A stretch of 64,000 bases of DNA, taken from assembly GCF_018350175.1 (NCBI RefSeq), contig NC_058368.1:189970001-190034000 (forward strand), in the 5' to 3' direction. Both the position numbers and the translations under genes were made by a program. Below the pieces are notes generated by a model that saw only the letters and a program-made list of their open reading frames with translations, was not told the origin of the DNA and ran no database searches. The stretch comes from Felis catus. Taxonomy: Eukaryota. This document shows, in pieces, positions 1-14,284 of the stretch. The first letter of the stretch is position 1; every line of letters starts with the position of its first letter.

Positions 1-3000
1 CCTTCACAAGGAGTTTTCTAAGTGGACATGGTGGGACAACTTTGCCATCATAGAAAATGATTCTCTAAGAAGTGACTTTGGAGCTTCCCATGGCCATGTT
101 TCCTCTGTGTAGGTAAGGTCTACCTTTGGTAGGAGCAAATGATGATACCAACACAGAAACAGAGGCAAGAAGACACAGAGAGAATCCAGACATTGAGCCT
201 TTGCTTCCATTCACCACAAAGTTTAGCTTCACACTGTCACTGGTCCTTGAGCCAGTTAGCTTGTTCAAGCATTCTTTCCCCCTGTGGTGGTGGGTTTTTA
301 TTTCTTGCATATTAATCTGGGCAAACACAGAAACATATAAAAATCCCCTTTGTGTGGTGCAAGGAGCCAGTCAACATCTTGAAATTCAGTGAATACTCCT
401 TACAATGTACATTTTTCACATCTAGTGATGCTGTATAGAATAGTGTTTAAGGATTTCTATCAGGTTTTGGATCAGACATGACTGGGAAAGACTCTTGCTC
501 CATCACTCTGGAACCATGTGACATTGGGCAAGTAACTTCACCTCTCTGAACCTGTTTTCTTTTCTGGATAATAATAATAATAATAATAATAATAGTAATA
601 ATAATAATAATGCATACCTCATAGGATTGTTTTGTAGGATTAATGATAATACGCAATGTTGGGGGCATATGTGGAGCAGTAGTGGTGTCCTGGTGTTTCC
701 CTCTTATGTTTTAAGCAACACACAGCATCTCCTCCCCACTCTTCATAATGTCTTTGGGACACCTCCCAGTTGCTAGGACAAGGCCAAACCTGAGAAAATG
801 ATTGGGAGGGAAAGAAATTTGTCCTACTCAGGTGTCCACCTGCCCCAGTATTTTGGCTTCTCTCTTTCCTTAAGATATAATGGTACAGTTGTCCAGAAGG
901 TACTAGCCACTATCACCTCCTGACATTTGTATAAAGCCTTTCAGAACACTTTGCTTTCTCCTTTGAGTTTCATGAAAAACACAAGGCGAAGAAACAGAGA
1001 CCCACAAAACAACCATTGACTTGTCTCCCATCAAACAGCTCATTGTTGGAAGAGCAGAACTCAGGTGTGTTGGGGAGAAGTTCAACTTTGTATAGACACA
1101 GAATACATAAGTATTCACACATTTTCTTAAAATGTCTTCATATAGTGCTGAAGTTTCTTCATTCTAAATTTCTTCTTATAACAAACTACTCTGCGTGAAT
1201 TAGGAAAATACAGAAAAGCCTCAAATTCTGTCTTTCAGAACCACTATCCTTCCATAACTTTTCCTGTGCAAATATAGTTATACATATATTTTTTTCTAAT
1301 TATAGATAGACTTGTTATTTTCTGCTTATAAGAGTAACAATGTATATTGGAAAAAATTCATACTAGTAAACACCATAAAAGAGTATAAATGTAACCCAGT
1401 CATTCATATTCATTAATCACTTTGGTTTATATATTTTTGCAGACTTTTTCATACATATACCCCCATGGGTACAAAAATTAGATCATCACGGAACTCAACA
1501 TACAACCCCCTTATGCACTCCCTCTTTATTTTTATGTAATATGTCATAAACACTTTTCTACGACACTAGATTTTTAAAAAACTTGTTATTATGATAATTT
1601 CAAACTATATGAAAATAGTATAAACATTATAATACACTTCCTGTACCTCCCATCCACATTCGACAATTACCGATTGTATACTCCTTACTCCCTTTACTCA
1701 GTGGATTTTTAAAAAGCAAATTGCAAATATTATTTTATCCATAAATATTTCAGTATATATCTCTAAGGGATTAGGACTGTTTTTAAACAAATTGTAGTCA
1801 TTCATTAGTATTATCTAATATCCAGTGTTCAACTTTCCCAATTGTCTCATAAATGACTTTTTAAAAAATATAATTACATATTTTTATCAGGATTTAAGCA
1901 AGGTCTACTTACTGACTTTGTTTTAAACATATTCTAAGTCTCTTTTTCTTTATGTATTCCTAATGGTCTGTTTTGTTTTGTTTTTTATTAAAGAAGAAAC
2001 TAGGTTTGTGCAGTGCTTACATTCTGAATTTTGCTGATTGCATCCCCTTCGTGTCATTTAACATGTCCCTTTGTCCCCTAAATTTTCTATAAATAAGTAG
2101 TTGGACCTAGAGATTTGATCAGAATATTTCCTAAGTGGTAGGTAATATTTACTTCAGGAGGTATTAATCTAGAATAGAATTTTTAATAGTTTACTTGTAT
2201 AGATATACTATAATTGTTTTAACCAATCACTTACTATTGGAATTTAAATGGTTTCTTACATGTATTGTGATTATCAGCCCTGGGACAACAGCCTTATAGT
2301 CAAAACAAATTCCTTTCTTTAGAATAGATTCCTATAAAAAATCCAGAGACAGAGCTCAAAATATATAACCTTTGAAAAGATTCCAAGGAGTTAAACTTTC
2401 TAAGAGACTCTTTTGGTAACTCTGAGCTAGACCAGAGCATAAAGCTGGTTGGATTTAAGGGTAAGTGAAAATATATCTCACTCTAGTGAGGTTGCTCTTA
2501 CTTTGCTTTACTGTGACCTAAGCCAGTGACCAGTGAAAATGCCTCCTATAGAATCAGGAGTCCAGGAAGGCAGATGCAACAACCCTCCACCCTCACCCCA
2601 GGCATCCCTTCTTCTTGGGGCAGCTGCCCACACATCAGTGTGCATCCACATGGGTGAAGGGCTGCCAGACCAGATTACCCTGTTTGGGATTCTTTCCCTG
2701 GATCTTTTGTGAAGTGTATAATGCTTGGATTCTGGGTTCATAACTTCTTGTGAGACTACAGGTACTTAGCTCCTTCCATGTGATATCATGTTTGTTGTAG
2801 CCAAGGAGTCAGTGTACCAGGCTGGCCTGAGTCTCCTCCACAACTTTCATTGGGAATCATTTCATTCCCAATCATTTGAATCATGTTGAAATCTTTAGTA
2901 GCTCCTTCTCCACTCTAGTCTGAAGGAGAAGGGAGAGTGTGAAACCCCTCCTAGCCCCAGCCTGGGAGCGTTGAACTCTCATATAATAGCACAAGCCCAT

Positions 3001-4775
3001 GACAAGTAGGGATACAGCGGGTCAATTTCTGACTCCTCTTGCCCTGAGAAGACAATCCAGAGCACTGATGAATTCAGAAGTACTTTGTACTTGCAAAGTG
3101 TCTTACTACAAAGGCAACAAGACCAAGCAGGTGACTTTATTGAACTGAGAGAAGTGACTTGAGCATGGGCCCTGTATTCCTAATGCCCCAGTCTTGGGCA
3201 GGACCATACTTGGCAACAAATGGGTAAATGTCAGGGAAGACCCAGAAGCAGGTAAAGATGCTGAACATAAATGAAATTGATAATAGAGGCCACTGAGTCA
3301 GGACACTGGATTCTGCTGTCCTGAGAGGACACTGAAGTCAGTCTTTCTAACAGTCCAGCCTTGTTTAGCTTATCAAATCTGGATGGAGCAAAAGCCCCAG
3401 GATCCACCCACTTCATCAGAAACAAGTCTGAACAAGCCAGGCACTGTCCATCAGATACCCAGGCATTTTGACAGTTCAGTTCTGACCATCAGCCAAATGT
3501 AAATTGAGAACACCAAGTCATCCATCATGCGTTAGCCACGTGTGAGATTAATGCCCCATCTTTTAGAAGCACACAAAGGGCCATTTGAATAGGAAAGTCC
3601 CTCCAAATCCTGCTGAAACACATAACCCACATTTGGATCATCTTTCTGAACAGCATCTTGGTTTGGAAAGCACAGCTGTTGCTGAGATCCCTGAATATAG
3701 CCTGCTGTTCTCTGTGAAAGCTAGGGTAGATTAGTGTGGTTAACTTGAGATGCAGTAAAGCCCTCCAGCCTGCCCCCTCCTCCAAATAGCCATGCTGCTG
3801 GCAGCCAGATGCTGGTGTTTGCCAAATTATCCATGTCTGCTTGCCAGTGGGAAAAGCTGGGTGGTAGTTGAATTCTTTGTATGACTTTAGGAATGTCAGC
3901 ACCCCTCTCAGGAACTTGGTTCCACTGAAAAAGAACAGGAATGACTCTACTTCATACTGGAAAGTCCCCTTGGGAATGAGCACTCAGCACTTCTGATCCT
4001 GGGAGGGTGATGATTGGGAGAAGTGGCCTTCTCTGACTCAACTCCCAGAGGTGTGGCTTTGAGAGAATTCTATGAAACATGAGACATAGACCAAGGACAA
4101 AGACAGAATCAGGTTTATGCCTCTAACAGCTGTGTTTTTCAAATTGTTTGAGACTGAAGAAGTTGAAACAACAGCTGCAGATTTATTCCGTGCTCTTGGG
4201 ATAGGAGGTAATGGGTGCAAATGCAATGGAGACACAATAGCCATCACTATTTTCTTCTTTAATAAATCCCAAATTATGTCTTGGGTTCTGTAAAATAAGA
4301 TGTAGAATGAGTGATCTGGCACACCTAACCAAAATGAATAAGTGGAATTAGGTAACCCCAGCCCCTGTGACTTTCCAAATTCAGATTAATATTTTTGGTT
4401 AAAGATGCTCTGGACTCACAGAGTTCTAAGAAACCTTAAAGTTATCTAGTCTACATATAGGAGCTGCATGGTTGTCCTGTGTCATTCCTCATCCTTAGGT
4501 CCATGACAGACATTGTTAGTCACAGAGCTCTAGCCTGCTTTCAGACATTCATTCTCATCACAGAGGTGGTCCAGGCAGTCTCTAGCAATGATACGGAGCT
4601 GACACTCAAGACAAAAGTCATTTGCCATCCCTGATCTATGCCCAACTTATGCATTTTACACATGAAAAACTGAGGGCCAGAGAAGGGAAGAATCTGCCCT
4701 AAGTCACACAGTGAATCAGTGTTATTTGTGGAAAGCTAAATAAAGGGCCTAGAATTCTTAGAAATGTCTAATAAA

Positions 4776-4989
4776 GGGGGGACCTGCATGGCCCAGTCGA
4801 GTGCCTGACTCTTGATTTCGGCTCAAGTCATGATCCCAGGGTCATGGGAATGAGCCCCACATCAGACTTCACCCTGAGCGTGGAGCCTGCTTAAGATTTT
4901 TCTCTCTCTCTCTCCCTCTGCCCCTCTCCCCCACTCGCATGGTCTCTCTCTCTGTCTCTAAAATAAAAATTTTTGAAAATTAAAAAAAA
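4776..4989 (+). mobile_element. CAN-SINE (SINEC, older type)
   Basis: tRNA-derived head, GTCATGATCCCAGG core, (CT)n, A-rich tail. Confidence 0.9.
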
Positions 4990-5379
4990 GGGTCAAATAA
5001 AAAATAGGTCACTGCTGACTTACCTATTGTGCTGTGTTTGTTCTCTCTTTCTGTTTTCTAAATTCATCAAACTGTTTCTCTAAGTTTTGAGGCCGTTTTT
5101 TTCTAATATAAAAGCAATATATCTCTACAGAATAGAAATAAAACAAAAACCCACTCAAAAGCAGCACTCACACATAAACTATTATAAGCCAAGGTCTGTA
5201 GACTTTTTCTACATGCATCTACACATTTACCCATATATCTATATTTTTATGTTTTAAATCAAGTTTCCTTTGTAGAGCTCCTGGTCACAAGAAGCACTAC
5301 TTCAGGTCATACCTTCAATTGGGTCCATATTTTACATATTGTTTTGTGACCTGCTTTGAGTAAATGTTCATCAGTTATA

Positions 5380-5566
5380 GGGGTGCCTGGGTGGCTCAGT
5401 TGTTGAGCATCTGACTTTGGCTTAGGTCATGATCTTGTGGTTCTTGGGTTTAAGCTCTGCATTGGGCTCTGTGCTGACAGCTCAGAGCCTGGAGCCTGCT
5501 TCAGATTCTGTGTCTCCCTTCTCTCTGCACCCCTGCTCAAAAATAAACATTAAATTTTTTTTTTTG
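5380..5566 (+). mobile_element. CAN-SINE (SINEC_Fc type)
   Basis: GGGGTGCCTGGGTGGCTCAG head; feline CAGCTCAGAGCCTGGAGCCTGCTTC motif; TSD aaatgttcatcagttata/aaatgttcatcgattata. Confidence 0.93.
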
Positions 5567-5690
5567 TCAAATGTTCATCGATTATAATGTCTAAATACAC
5601 ATGTTGTTAGATGTTTAGACTATTACCAATTTTTTTGCGAGTCAAATATCCACTCTAAATCTTTGCTCACAAACTAAATTGTTTTCTTAA

Positions 5691-5717
5691 TTTTTTTTAA
5701 TGTTTATTTATTTTTGA

Positions 5718-5760
<43 letters not shown>

Positions 5761-5934
5761 GCAGAGTGTGAGCAGGGAAGGGGCAGAGAGAGAGGGAGAC
5801 ACAGAATCTGAAGCAGGCTCCAGGCCCTGAGCTATCAGTACAGAGCCCGACACAGGGCTCAAACACATGAACTGTGAGATCATGACCTGAGCCGAAGTCG
5901 GACACTTAAACAACTGAGCCACCCATGTGTCCCC
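5691..5934 (-). mobile_element. CAN-SINE (SINEC_Fc type) with an internal (CA)n microsatellite
   Basis: Perfect 16-bp TSD taaattgttttcttaa (5675-5690, 5935-5950). Confidence 0.95.
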
Positions 5935-7339
5935 TAAATTGTTTTCTTAAGGGCAAACACATTTTAAAGGATTTGACGCACATTGACAAATTGCTCTCCA
6001 ATAAAGCTGGAAGCAGGAGGCCAGCAGTGTCTCTAAAGTACATGCTTTTTTGTTTGTTTGTTTGGTTTTTGTTTTATTTTTTTTAGCAACTTCACTAACA
6101 CAAGATCTCATTATTTTTGTTGTTATTTTATTCTCCTGTATGTATGCTTTGTGTAAAAAGATTGAGTGTGGAATTTCCAAAGGTAAAACCACACTTTACA
6201 GTTCCCAGGGTAAGAGGCATGACTGAACACATAAAAATGAATTAACAGTTACTGAACATTAACAAAGTGAGGGGCATCATAAGGTTCACAACAACCTATC
6301 TTGTAGGGGAAGTTCATAAGGGTTGAACAACATGTCTGATGCTACCTGGGACCAAGCTTGGGTAAGTCTGGCCTGCATACCAACCCCTTTGCCATGTTGC
6401 CTCCACATAGTCACTACAAATAAATATTTACATGGATTGATTGATTATGTTCCTCTGGTAAGATAGACCTGAGCAACTCAGAAAGGAGTAGCCATAAAAA
6501 TAGGCCAAAAACACAATATTAGTTCTCCTGGTCAGTCCTGACTGGAATAGCCCCAATGGATTTCAGCAATGTTTAAGCTGGGTTTGAGGGTATGACCTGA
6601 GGTAATATTTTTATTAAGGATTTCTTATGACTGGGAACTCAAAGAAGGAAGCTTGAATTATCCCATATAAAAATATAGCCACTCAAGATTATCAGTGGCA
6701 TTTCCTTTTTATAGTGTTTGGTGCTAATAATAACTCCAAACTCCTCAACCCAACTTTCCAGCTTTTTAAAAGAACAGTACTTAGGAGAATATCTGAATAC
6801 TTGTGAGTGGCGGGATTTATTCCATCCAGCATTTCCTGTGGCTTCTCTGGAAAAAGCAAAGGGCTTGGAAGTTGGTGGCTACATACAGTTTCTGTGCTGC
6901 CCCAGGGACATGGTGATGGGTCCCTGGCCACAGAACGAGAGCCAGAGAGAAAGGCTGCTAAGAAAGCAAGGTGGGGATGTGAGGTAGGAGGAGGAGAGAG
7001 GCATGAGGGTTTCTATGGAGAACTCAGAACAAGTCAGAATATCTATCTTCAGTTCCAGGGAGCTGAGTAGGAAAAATAGGCCCCTTTCTCCATATTGTTG
7101 TCCTTTGGGCAGCTCTGTTCCTGTCAGACCAGCACTTGGTGTCTGACAGGACCTGAGGAGCGATTGTGACCTCTAAGAGTATGAAAGGTCTTGTCAAAGC
7201 AGGGAGTGATTTTATAAACTAAAATGTTCTCCTTAGGTTTCCAGCCCTTGTCTACTTCAATGTCTTCCACACCGTGTCTACCCATGGAGGCTCTCTCCCT
7301 GCTGCACAGGCATGTTTCAAGGCTCTCTCATTTTGAAAA

Positions 7340-8490
7340 AATAATTCTTGGAGATGTTATTTACATATAATAACATGTCTCCATTTTAAGTACACATGCA
7401 GCTCGATAAATTTTGACAAATGTGTGCACCCATACGACCACCACAGTCAAGATGTAGAACACCCCTATCACCTCAAAAAATTCTTACTTGGCCCTTCCAG
7501 CCAATCTCCTCCCCCAACCCCCACTCTAGAACACCACTGATCTACTTTCTATCACTGAAACTTGACACTTCCAGAATTTCACATAGATTGAATCATAGTG
7601 CGTGTAGTATCTTGGTCATGACTTCCTCCCTTGGCATAAAGTTTTTGAGATGCATCAGTGTTGTTGGATATATCAATAGTTCTTTTTCACTGCTGAGTAA
7701 TATACCAGGATACATGGATATACCACAATCTGTCTAGCCATTTGAGTTTGCTTCTTTTGATTATTATGAATGAAGTTGCTGTGCACATTCACATCAAAAT
7801 CTTTTTGTGGGCATATACATTCATTTGTCTTGGGCGAATATCTAGGAGTACAATTGCTGGGTCACAGAATAAGTAACTTAATGTGGTCTCAAGCAGTATC
7901 TCATAGTGCTTTTAGTTTGCATTTGCCTGCTAACTGATCATGTTGAATATCTTTTCATGTGCTTGCTGGCCATTCATTCATATATCACCCTTTCTGAAGG
8001 GTCTGTTCAAATCTTCTGCCCATTTGTCTTTGAGTTACCTTCTCTTAATTGACCTTTCAGGGTTCTTTTTATATTCTGCTTACAAGCCCTTTATCTTTTG
8101 CTTTGCAAACATTTTCTCCCATATTGTGGCTCACCACTTGAGTTTCTTAATAGTGGCTTTCAAAGTTCTGGTGTTTCAAAGTGCAAAGTTTGGTTTGGTT
8201 GGTTTGGTGAAGTCCAGTTTATCAGCTTTTCCTTTAATGGTTTAAACTTTTCTGTCCTGTCCATGAAATCTTTGCCTACCTCAAGGTTGTGAATATTTGC
8301 TCCTATTATTTCTTCTAGAAGTTTGTAGTTTCAGTTTTGCTCTTAGCTCTATGATTTATTTTGAAGTAATTTATGTATATACTGTGAGGTAGAGGCCAAG
8401 ACCTCCTCCCCACCCCCGCTTTTTGTTCCCATATAGATATCCAGTTGTTACATAAATGTGGGTTTGCTTCTGGTTCTGCTACTAATTTCA
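7340..8490 (-). mobile_element. Ancient L1M 3' fragment
   Basis: Antisense L1 3' motifs (ATATACCACAATCTGTCT, ATCTAGGAGTACAATTGCTGGGTCA, CTGATCATGTTGAATATCTTTTCATGTGC); boundaries approximate. Confidence 0.8.
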
Positions 8491-9830
8491 TGACTTTGGA
8501 CAAAGATTTCAGGCTCCATTTCTTTATCTGTAAAACGGGATGATAGTGTTTTCTTCTCTGGCACTTTATGTTCCTTTAAAGAATAGGTACACAAGATTTG
8601 TCATTGTTCTTGGCACAGTAGGTCATAACTGTGAATTGTTAATGTTTCTGGTCTGAATACTAACATCGATTATATGTACAAAGCTATTTCCCATTTACAA
8701 AGCACTTTTGCATATATTTGGTATGATCTGATCCCATTCCTCCATGTTAGGCTTTAAGACCCCTTAGAGAAAGAACTGCTAAAGGGTAACCCTTACATCT
8801 GTGCTCAGTAGAAGTTGGAACTGTGATTTCCTCAAGGGCAGAGGGTTGTGTCTGCTCTACTTTGCATTCTTTCCCAGTACCTAGATTGGGCTGGCTATGC
8901 ACACTAAGTGCTCGATGGTAGTGTCATTTCATTTAGTGGGACAAGAAGTTATCTAAGTGCTTCTTGAAATCAGTCATGTTTCCAGTCTTTTCTCTCATCT
9001 CTTTTCCTCTGCAGAGATCTCATGGGTTCTGAACCAGCTTTGGTGATCAGCCCATGACTCCCACATCCCACCTTTTGCCTGGCTTGCTTCAAGTCTGTTT
9101 CCAACAACCTCACCCTCAAAAAGCTTAAAACCACATTCATCGGTGCTATCCTAATCAAAACTTTGTTGGTCACAGAAGCAGAAACTCACTCAAGTTAGTT
9201 CAGGTAGAAAGCAGTATTTATTGAAAGGCTGCATGGGGACAACCATACAAGTGAAGGGGTGGGGGGAAGCAGGAGGGCTTGAAGGACAGCTTGCTTGACT
9301 TGTGTGACCAAGGAGAGCCCCATAGAATAAAAGCATTTGAAATGAGGTCTGGCTGTGTTTGAAAGGTGAACATAGTGTGAGAGGTCTTTTCCAGTAGATG
9401 AAACACCTTAGATATAAAGGCAGGAAGTTAGGAATGTGCTAGTTATTCTCAAATATTACTTGGCATTTTGGTTATTTGTGAATCCAACTCTTCTTCCAAA
9501 CTGCATTCTGAATATGAATGTAATATTATATTTCTTCAGAACAAAATAATAATAAAAAGATCACCTCCACCATCATCATCATCACCACCATGAGAACTAT
9601 TTATTTAACATTTATGTACTAGGTACAGTGCTAAGTGGTTTTCCATATATTTTTTTTCCTAATCCTCAAAATGTCTTTGAAATGATATAGCTGAGGAATT
9701 TGAGGCTCAGGGAAGGTATGTTCTTTAACTTAACCAAAGTGATTACTTAAAAGACACAGGGGAAAGACTGGAATCCAATCCCGGTCTGCCTGTTCCCAAA
9801 GTTCCTTACTCTTGAAGCTGAAGGCTTCTT

Positions 9831-10048
9831 TGTTTTTTTTTTTAAATTATTTTTTAATGTTTGTTTATTTTTTGAGAGACAGAGCATGAGTGGGGGAGGG
9901 GCAGAAAGACAGGGAGACACAATCTGAAGCAGATTCCAGGCTCTGATGTCAGCAGAGATGGCCGACGTGGGGCCTGAACTCATGAACCGCGAGATCATGA
10001 CCTGAGCCGAAGTTGGATGCTCAACCGACTGAGCCACCCAGGCACCCC
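9831..10048 (-). mobile_element. CAN-SINE (SINEC_Fc type)
   Basis: TSD aagctgaaggcttctt (9815-9830) / aagctgaagacctctt (10051-10066). Confidence 0.93.
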
Positions 10049-10080
10049 AAAAGCTGAAGACCTCTTAAGAACACGGTTTT

Positions 10081-10248
10081 GGGGTGCCTGGGTGACTCAG
10101 TCGGTTAAGCATCTGACTTCAGCTCAGGTCATGATCTCAGGATTCGTGAGTTCGAGCCCCTGTGTCAGGCTCTGTGCTCACAGCTCAGAGCCTGGAGCCT
10201 TCTTCAGATTCTGTGTCTCCCTCTCTCTCTGCCCCTCCCCCATTCATG

Positions 10249-10287
<39 letters not shown>

Positions 10288-10310
10288 AATTAAACTTAAA
10301 AAAAAAAAAA
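10081..10310 (+). mobile_element. CAN-SINE (SINEC_Fc type)
   Basis: TSD aagaacacggtttt (10067-10080) / aagaacattgtttt (10311-10324); long A tail. Confidence 0.95.
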
Positions 10311-10799
10311 AAGAACATTGTTTCAACCCCTGACTTGTTTGTTGAATGAAAAAGGCTCCATGTGATTGATATTGGAAATTTCCCCCCCACCCCTTCCAAA
10401 TCATCTATAACTATTAAACCGTTTGTGCAGGCCTAACCTAAAGATCTTTGGTGATGACTTTGTCCATCATAAAGTTTTATGGCTCTTTGAAAAAGATGGA
10501 AAATCATTATTTCTTCTGACAAGTCCTTCTTCAAATGGGATCTTAATCCTCACACCTTGTAGGAATATGGACACTGGAACAAAGTCATTGCTCAGTCCCA
10601 GTTAGCACTGTGAATCTTTGGGCCAACTGCTTTCTTTAAACTTGTTTCCTTGGTTAGCTTTCTCCGTAGAGAACTTGGTTACAGAGAACTTATGGGAAGG
10701 GCTTTCTAACTGATACTGATCAGTTAGCTTCAAGAGGCCAGGAGGAAATGACGGGCTTAAGTGGCTCCTGGCGACCCTCCCTGAGCCAAATGCACTTTC

Positions 10800-11021
10800 T
10801 TTCTTTTCTTTTTCTTTTTTTCCCTAATGTTTATTTATTTATTTTTGAGAGAGAGAGAGAGCACAAGGTAGGGAGAGAGAGGGAGACACAGAATCCGAAG
10901 CAGGCTCCAGGCTCTTGAGCTGTCAGCACAGAGCCTGCCATGGGGCTCGAACTCACAAACTGTGAGATCATGACCTGAGCCAAAGTTGGCTGCTTAACCA
11001 ACTAAGCCACCCGGGTGCCCC
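10800..11021 (-). mobile_element. CAN-SINE (SINEC_Fc type)
   Basis: Antisense SINE core; TSD aaatgcactttc/aactgaactttc. Confidence 0.92.
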
Positions 11022-12989
11022 AACTGAACTTTCAAGATATCTTTAACAGTGGCTTTTCAATCCCAGGTCCCTTTTCAGAGAAAAAGATTACCTTGTGCAT
11101 TTGTTATGCTCTCTTTGAGATGGAATCTTTGGACCAGCAAGGAAAACCCTCTCATCTCCAATCTGTGAATCATGATCCCCTTATACTATTGAAATTACTC
11201 ACAGTCTGTAAAAGAGGAAGTGTGCCTGTGGAGAAGGATCCTGGCCCAGGAAGTAGTATGAATCATTCCAATGTGGTATACGAGGCACCACCCACTGTTG
11301 GCGTCAAATCCCAACTCTGCTCTGCCCTTGGCATCCCCTCCCACTGCCTACTCTGGTGATTTGTCTAACACACAGTCTCATAAACATAGCTCCAAGTTGG
11401 TTGCTAAGAGTAACTGTTTGCATCTGGATTACTCTTTGTAGTTAGCACGTCATTTTGAAGCATTTATCGATCCACCCATCTTTTCATTCATTCAGTAAAA
11501 ACGTACTTGGCAATAATAATAATATTATAGGCCCACCATGGAATAAGCATTGTGCCAGACATAGAGATTATAGTGATAATCAAAAGAATCATATGGTCAT
11601 GGTCACTGCCATCATGGTGTTGGTAGTCCAGGACAGTGTTTTTTGTTTGTTTAAACACAATTCAGTGAAATTCTATTGAATTGTTCTTACTGAGGATTAT
11701 GGCCAAAAACATGGAAACACATTGGTTTAGTGGAGGTTATTCCTCTAACTATCCTTCTCACAGCCACTGGAGAATTCATGGAGTCTCATGCAGAAGAGAG
11801 AAAATATTATTACTATTCTTGCTTGTAACAATATTCATCAGGCATTATACCTTGCAAGGGAAGCAAAAGTTACCAAACACTTCTGTCCTTGCCTTCAATC
11901 CTTTTGGGGCTCCCCATCACCCACAGGATGAAGGCTCAACACCTTAGCCTAATACAGCAGCCACTTCTGGATGATCCGGTTTCTATCTCTCTGGCTCCCT
12001 TTTCCATTGTTCATACCACTTCCCTTCATCCTCTTCAAATGCCCTCCTTAACCCAGCTGCCTGGAAACACCTCCTCACCTTTGAACACTCAGGTTAGGTG
12101 TGACTTCCTCTGTGCCTTTGCCCTGTTCCTTCAGGCAAAACTGACAGCTTCTTGTTTGGTCTTTCACTGTCACTCTTCTTATTCCCCTTTTTATTCTGAT
12201 TATGGAACCCCCTTTTCTTTGGGAAGCCCCCCTCCCCCATGTGGTGCTGATGACAGGCAGGACTCATAGGATGGGCTCATGACGCTGGCCTAGAACCTCA
12301 TATTCTGAATATTGCAATTGGTTCAAGGATGGTATATAACCCAAGCAAGGCCAGTTACAGTCTGTGAGCCCTTTGTGTTGAGATAGTTCAAGTTGGGTCT
12401 CTAAATAGTCATGAATATACAATGTCTAACTTTATAGCACCCTTACTTGTCTAAAGCCTATCTCCTTCTACCATACCATAAACTCCTTCAAGGCAAAGAC
12501 TGTTCTTTGACTTAAAAAATTTTGTATGTGTATGAATTTGTGTGTTCATAAAAGTAGGAAAAGTAGGAAATCAGTGGGTGATTTGCTGTAGAAAAATTTA
12601 AAAACACACAAAAACATTGCTAAGCCCTTGTAATCCTTCCTCTTCTATTTTAACAATTTTTATAGCGCAGATACACACAAAACTCACATTTTACACAAAT
12701 AGAATATAAATGAACATATGACTTTATAACTCATTTTTTTCACTTAAGTGATATATTGTGAAAACTTTTCCATGTAAATTAGCTGTTTTTCCTTGTGATT
12801 TTTCTTGGCCATTTATTATTCCTAGTCAGATGGAAAATGTGTCATGGCCTATTCATCAAAACTTAGGTGCTTTCTATTTCTCACTATTATAAAAAAAAAA
12901 TGCAGTGTCTGTTTTATGCCAAAGATGACACTGCAAAGAACAGTCTTTTCAAGAAATGTTGCTGGTCAATGAGATAACCATATAGCAGG

Positions 12990-13525
12990 TGTATTAGTTA
13001 TCTATTGCTGTTTAACAGCAATAACAGTTTAACCACTAACTTGCATTTTAATGCAATGTACACATGTTATCTCAAAGTGTCTGTAGACAAGAGTTTAGAC
13101 AAGGCTTAACCAGGACATCTGCTTAAGGGTCTCACAAAGTTGCAATCAAGGTGTTGGCTAAGGCTGCAGTATTATCAGAAGTTCAACTGGGGAAGGATCT
13201 GCAAATCAAATTCATGTGGTTATTGGCAGAATTCAATTCCTTCCAGGCTATCAAACTGAGGACCTCAATTTTCTGCTGTTAGCTTGAGGCCACCCACACT
13301 TCCTTACTGCATGCCTCTCTTCATGGAGTAGCTCAGAGAGTAGTTGGGTGTTACAATTTTAAGTAACATAATCATGTACACAAAATCACATACATCCTGT
13401 CACCTTTGCTATATTTTATCAGTTAGAAGCAATTCACAGGTCTCACCCAGACTCATGAGGAAGAGGTTACGCAAGAACATAAGCACCAGTATGGGAATCA
13501 TGGGGACTGCCCTAGACTCAACCTC
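12990..13525 (-). mobile_element. MaLR solo LTR (MLT1F-like)
   Basis: Starts TGTATTAGTTATCTATTGCTG; GCAATCAAGGTGTTGGC and GGGGAAGGATCTG motifs typical of antisense MLT1. Confidence 0.75.
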
Positions 13526-14070
13526 AGTGAGTTTCCCAAACTTTCTTGATACATGGCACCTTTAATGTCCCAGAAATTTTCTTTTCACGGCACTTTTAGG
13601 CCAAAAGAAATACCTAACAATTTTTTTTGTTAAGTAGTTAGATCCAAACAAGTTAGTAAGTACTTATATCCTAACAATTTAGTAATCATTTGAAAGATAG
13701 TACATATAATTTGAAAGAAAAAAATAATATTTTATTTTATTTTTAAGCAACCACAATATTTACTAATGGATTTATGCTCCTGTGGGCCCTACAGGTCTTA
13801 ATGGGCCTTGGAATCAGACTGAACACCATTATTCACATCTCCTGACTTCAAGAGGTATTTACTTTTATCACGGCAACTTCAAAAACCCAGCTTTGCAAAA
13901 ATATGTCATGGAAGGGAATGTAGTACGATTTAATGCTGAAACTGAACTACTTCAAGTTAATAGTTTGGTATCCAACAGATGTCACTGTGCTTCTCTCAAA
14001 AAATGCAAAATATCTCATGGCACCCCTGTGAATTCACTATAGCTCCCAAAGGTGACTTGGTATGGCCATA
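13525..14070. mobile_element. hAT-Charlie DNA transposon remnant (Charlie4a-like)
   Basis: Begins CAGTGAGTTTCCCAAACTTT (Charlie-type terminus); family assigned from memory. Confidence 0.6.
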
Positions 14071-14284
14071 TGGAAAAATTTCCTTGACCTTTATGTTATA
14101 CCATAAACAAAATCAATTTCTAATAGATTACAGATCTAAAGGTAAAACGAAAACGTAAAGCTTTCAGGGGAAGAACATTTTTCTGATCCTGGGGGTACTG
14201 CACAATTTCTTGAATAGTATTTAAAAAGTACTAAACATAAAAAATTGACAAATTCAACAATATTAATATATGAATTTCTTTTTT

